A DNA stretch of 64,000 bases from contig CAZSQN010000003.1 of NCBI GenBank assembly GCA_964609095.1, forward strand, positions 12,687 to 76,686. Direction: 5' to 3'. The stretch is from an uncultured Gammaproteobacteria bacterium (GTDB taxonomy: Bacteria; Patescibacteriota; Patescibacteriia; CAZSQN01). A program made the translations under genes and the position numbers. This document shows positions 62,281 to 64,000 of the stretch, piece after piece (position 1 is the first letter of the stretch; each line of letters starts with the position of its first letter). Under the pieces are notes generated by a model. The model did not search any database, was not told where the DNA came from, and saw only the letters and a program-made list of their open reading frames with translations.

Positions 62281-64000
62281 TTATTTATTGATTTCTTCAA
62301 TATTTTCAATAATATACTTTTTGACCCTGTCCTGATTTGTTCTGACGCGCTTCAACAAAAATTTTATCTCAGTGACGCCTTTCTCGTCAAGTTCTCCGTC
62401 CAATTTCGAAATAACGGCTTCTATGCTCTTGCCTACGGCGTCAAAGGCGTTAACAACATCCCGCTCGGCAATAATGATTTTCCTGTTTCTTTGCTTGCTC
62501 GCGAGATTCTGCAAATACCAGCCGGCTGCCGCACCCGCGCCTAAAAGAGCAAGGAGAAAAAACAAAAGCCATGCTTTGGAGAGTTCAAACCCGCCAATGA
62601 CAATAAACGGCCTTTCACGCACGGATACTTCCGCGCTCACGGGCAAACTTAACGCTCCGCGCTCGTCTTTTGCCCTAACCCTTACGATGTAATCGCCCTT
62701 TTTAAGGGGTTCGTCAACTTTAAACGACCAATTGCCTTCTGCTCCCGTCTGAACCACTTTTGAAGCTGCCAGAACATCTGGCTTTTGCAAAACCTCCACT
62801 ACCACATACAAATTCGGAAGAGCCGTGCCCACTACTTCAAGCCCGCCTTCGCCGATAAACAATTGTTTGGTCACGGAAAATATGGTCGGGGAAGCAATTG
62901 GCAATATCTCAAATTCCGCTGGTTTTTCGGTTGAATTGCCGGCATTGTCTTTGACGGAAACTCTTACTTTATATTTAGCCGGAGGCAGAGGCGAAAAGGT
63001 ATAAACGGCTTCCTCCGTTTCTATCACCTCTCCGCCTTCAAGCTGAATAGCGTAATTGGCCACGCCCGAATTCTCGTCTCTCGCCTGAAATTCCAGAGCG
63101 GGCGTCGGGTTATCGCTGGCTGCGCCCTGTTTGATATTTATATCCTGCATAATGGGCGCGGTTTTATCAATCGCCAGGCGATAATTGGCCGTCTGCCCCC
63201 AGCCGATATTATTTCTAAAACGGACATGCAGATACCAAATGCCTTCCTGGAGCGAGCCAAAGGCCTTATTGTCAAAAAGCCCTTCTGACTTTGTTGGCGC
63301 AAACACCGGCCGCTTATCAAGAGAAGTGGCCACATCCGTGACATCCGGCGGTAAATCCCACTTTACCGTAAAAACGGAAGTAACATTATAAAATTTATCC
63401 GGATCGGGATAGAACTCCACAACCAGTTCCGGCTTATCCGGCGCTTTTGCCGCCTCCACCGCCTTGCGGGTTATCTGCGCGGGCGCCGGCACAATCTCCG
63501 GCTGCGGCGCCGGAGCCGGCGCAGGCGCCTCAACCGAAGCTTTTGCCGGAACATTTATCTGAATTCCGACCATTGACGAGAGCACATTGGTGCCGCTGCC
63601 GTCTGCCGCCGTTACCGCGCCGTCGGCAAAAGAAATCTGCGCCGTGCCGCTTCCCACAACCTTAAAGGTCGCCCGCAAAACCTGCAAAACGCTTCCGTTA
63701 AAATCAGAGCTTGAACCGCCGATAAAGCTGATTTCTCCATTCGCATTAGAATAGATTGGCTCTTCAACCCAAAATGTTATTACCGAGCCGGTTTTATCCA
63801 GCTTTACTGCCTGCAATATATCCGCTGGATAGCGCAAAGCCGCCTGAATGGCGTTAGCGCTTACCCTCTCGCTGTCCAATTTAATGTCCACAATCAGCTG
63901 GTCTCCTACTGAAGCGATTGTTTTATCCGGCGCCAGATATAATTTTGCGGCGCTTGCTTCGCCGCGCGTAAAAACAACTCCGGCAAACACCATCGCGAAA
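62281..64000 (-). CDS. Cell-surface protein with a cohesin-like N-terminal domain, Ig-like repeats and a C-terminal TM anchor. Probably 5'-truncated at the window edge.
   Basis: KLYLAPDKTIASVGDQLIVDIKLDS...ILQAVKLD looks like a cohesin-type beta-sandwich. A PAPAPAPQPEIVPAP linker follows, then a C-terminal TM helix plus charged tail. The reading frame stays open to position 64000. Confidence 0.45.
   Translation of the reverse strand, partial: FAMVFAGVVFTRGEASAAKLYLAPDKTIASVGDQLIVDIKLDSERVSANAIQAALRYPADILQAVKLDKTGSVITFWVEEPIYSNANGEISFIGGSSSDFNGSVLQVLRATFKVVGSGTAQISFADGAVTAADGSGTNVLSSMVGIQINVPAKASVEAPAPAPAPQPEIVPAPAQITRKAVEAAKAPDKPELVVEFYPDPDKFYNVTSVFTVKWDLPPDVTDVATSLDKRPVFAPTKSEGLFDNKAFGSLQEGIWYLHVRFRNNIGWGQTANYRLAIDKTAPIMQDINIKQGAASDNPTPALEFQARDENSGVANYAIQLEGGEVIETEEAVYTFSPLPPAKYKVRVSVKDNAGNSTEKPAEFEILPIASPTIFSVTKQLFIGEGGLEVVGTALPNLYVVVEVLQKPDVLAASKVVQTGAEGNWSFKVDEPLKKGDYIVRVRAKDERGALSLPVSAEVSVRERPFIVIGGFELSKAWLLFFLLALLGAGAAAGWYLQNLASKQRNRKIIIAERDVVNAFDAVGKSIEAVISKLDGELDEKGVTEIKFLLKRVRTNQDRVKKYIIENIEEINK

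Noticed and set aside
1-64000. Alternative genetic code (UGA=Gly, code 25), as used in some CPR lineages.
   Set aside because: Housekeeping genes (dnaK, metG, cysS, nrdJ and others) are intact with TGA as stop, and no in-frame TGA is needed anywhere. The standard code 11 fits.

Overview
This 64-kb window reads as a compact bacterial chromosome segment in the standard genetic code. TGA behaves as a stop throughout and there are no in-frame stops in the housekeeping genes. It is dominated by short, tightly packed, mostly minus-strand genes with many small secreted or membrane hypotheticals. By inference this architecture resembles Candidate Phyla Radiation / Patescibacteria genomes.

Recognisable core genes:
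- tatD, cvpA-like and metG
- rsmI and thiI
- sodA-like and a 2-Cys peroxiredoxin
- iscA/hesB
- cysS
- a heat-shock operon hrcA-grpE-dnaK-(miaA)-dnaJ with a perfect CIRCE operator
- yidC, murF, a PBP2/FtsI transpeptidase, uppS and rarA
- prs plus a phosphoribosyltransferase
- a class II (B12-dependent) ribonucleotide reductase with two NrdR boxes, adjacent to a cobO-type adenosyltransferase
- tRNA-Glu(CUC) and tRNA-Pro(CGG)

Accessory content worth a second look:
1. A Type II restriction-modification pair whose beta-class methyltransferase is fused in frame to a complete LexA-like repressor (wHTH, Ala-Gly cleavage site, S24 Ser/Lys dyad).
2. A second restriction-modification pair: a Dam-family methyltransferase plus a Cys-cluster endonuclease candidate.
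3. A roughly 900-bp ORF-free, GC-rich structured region (6490-7480) carrying two tRNA-like T-arm/acceptor modules.
4. A lone type-IV-coupling-protein-like FtsK/HerA ATPase operon bracketed by inverted-repeat elements.
5. Several families of short intergenic repeats: CCCCGCACATAA terminal inverted repeats, plant-telomere-like (TTTAGGG)n heptamer elements, (TATGGCT)6, and about 100-bp ATTCGCA-rich repeats.
6. A 272-bp insertion carrying its own promoter and terminator, bracketed by a duplicated dnaJ 5' end.
7. A winged-helix / Cas2-like regulator gene flanked by identical nested-palindrome operators, one of which sits in the metG promoter.

The supplied ORF track omits edge-truncated genes. A gene longer than 500 codons runs off the left edge on the minus strand (1..1551).
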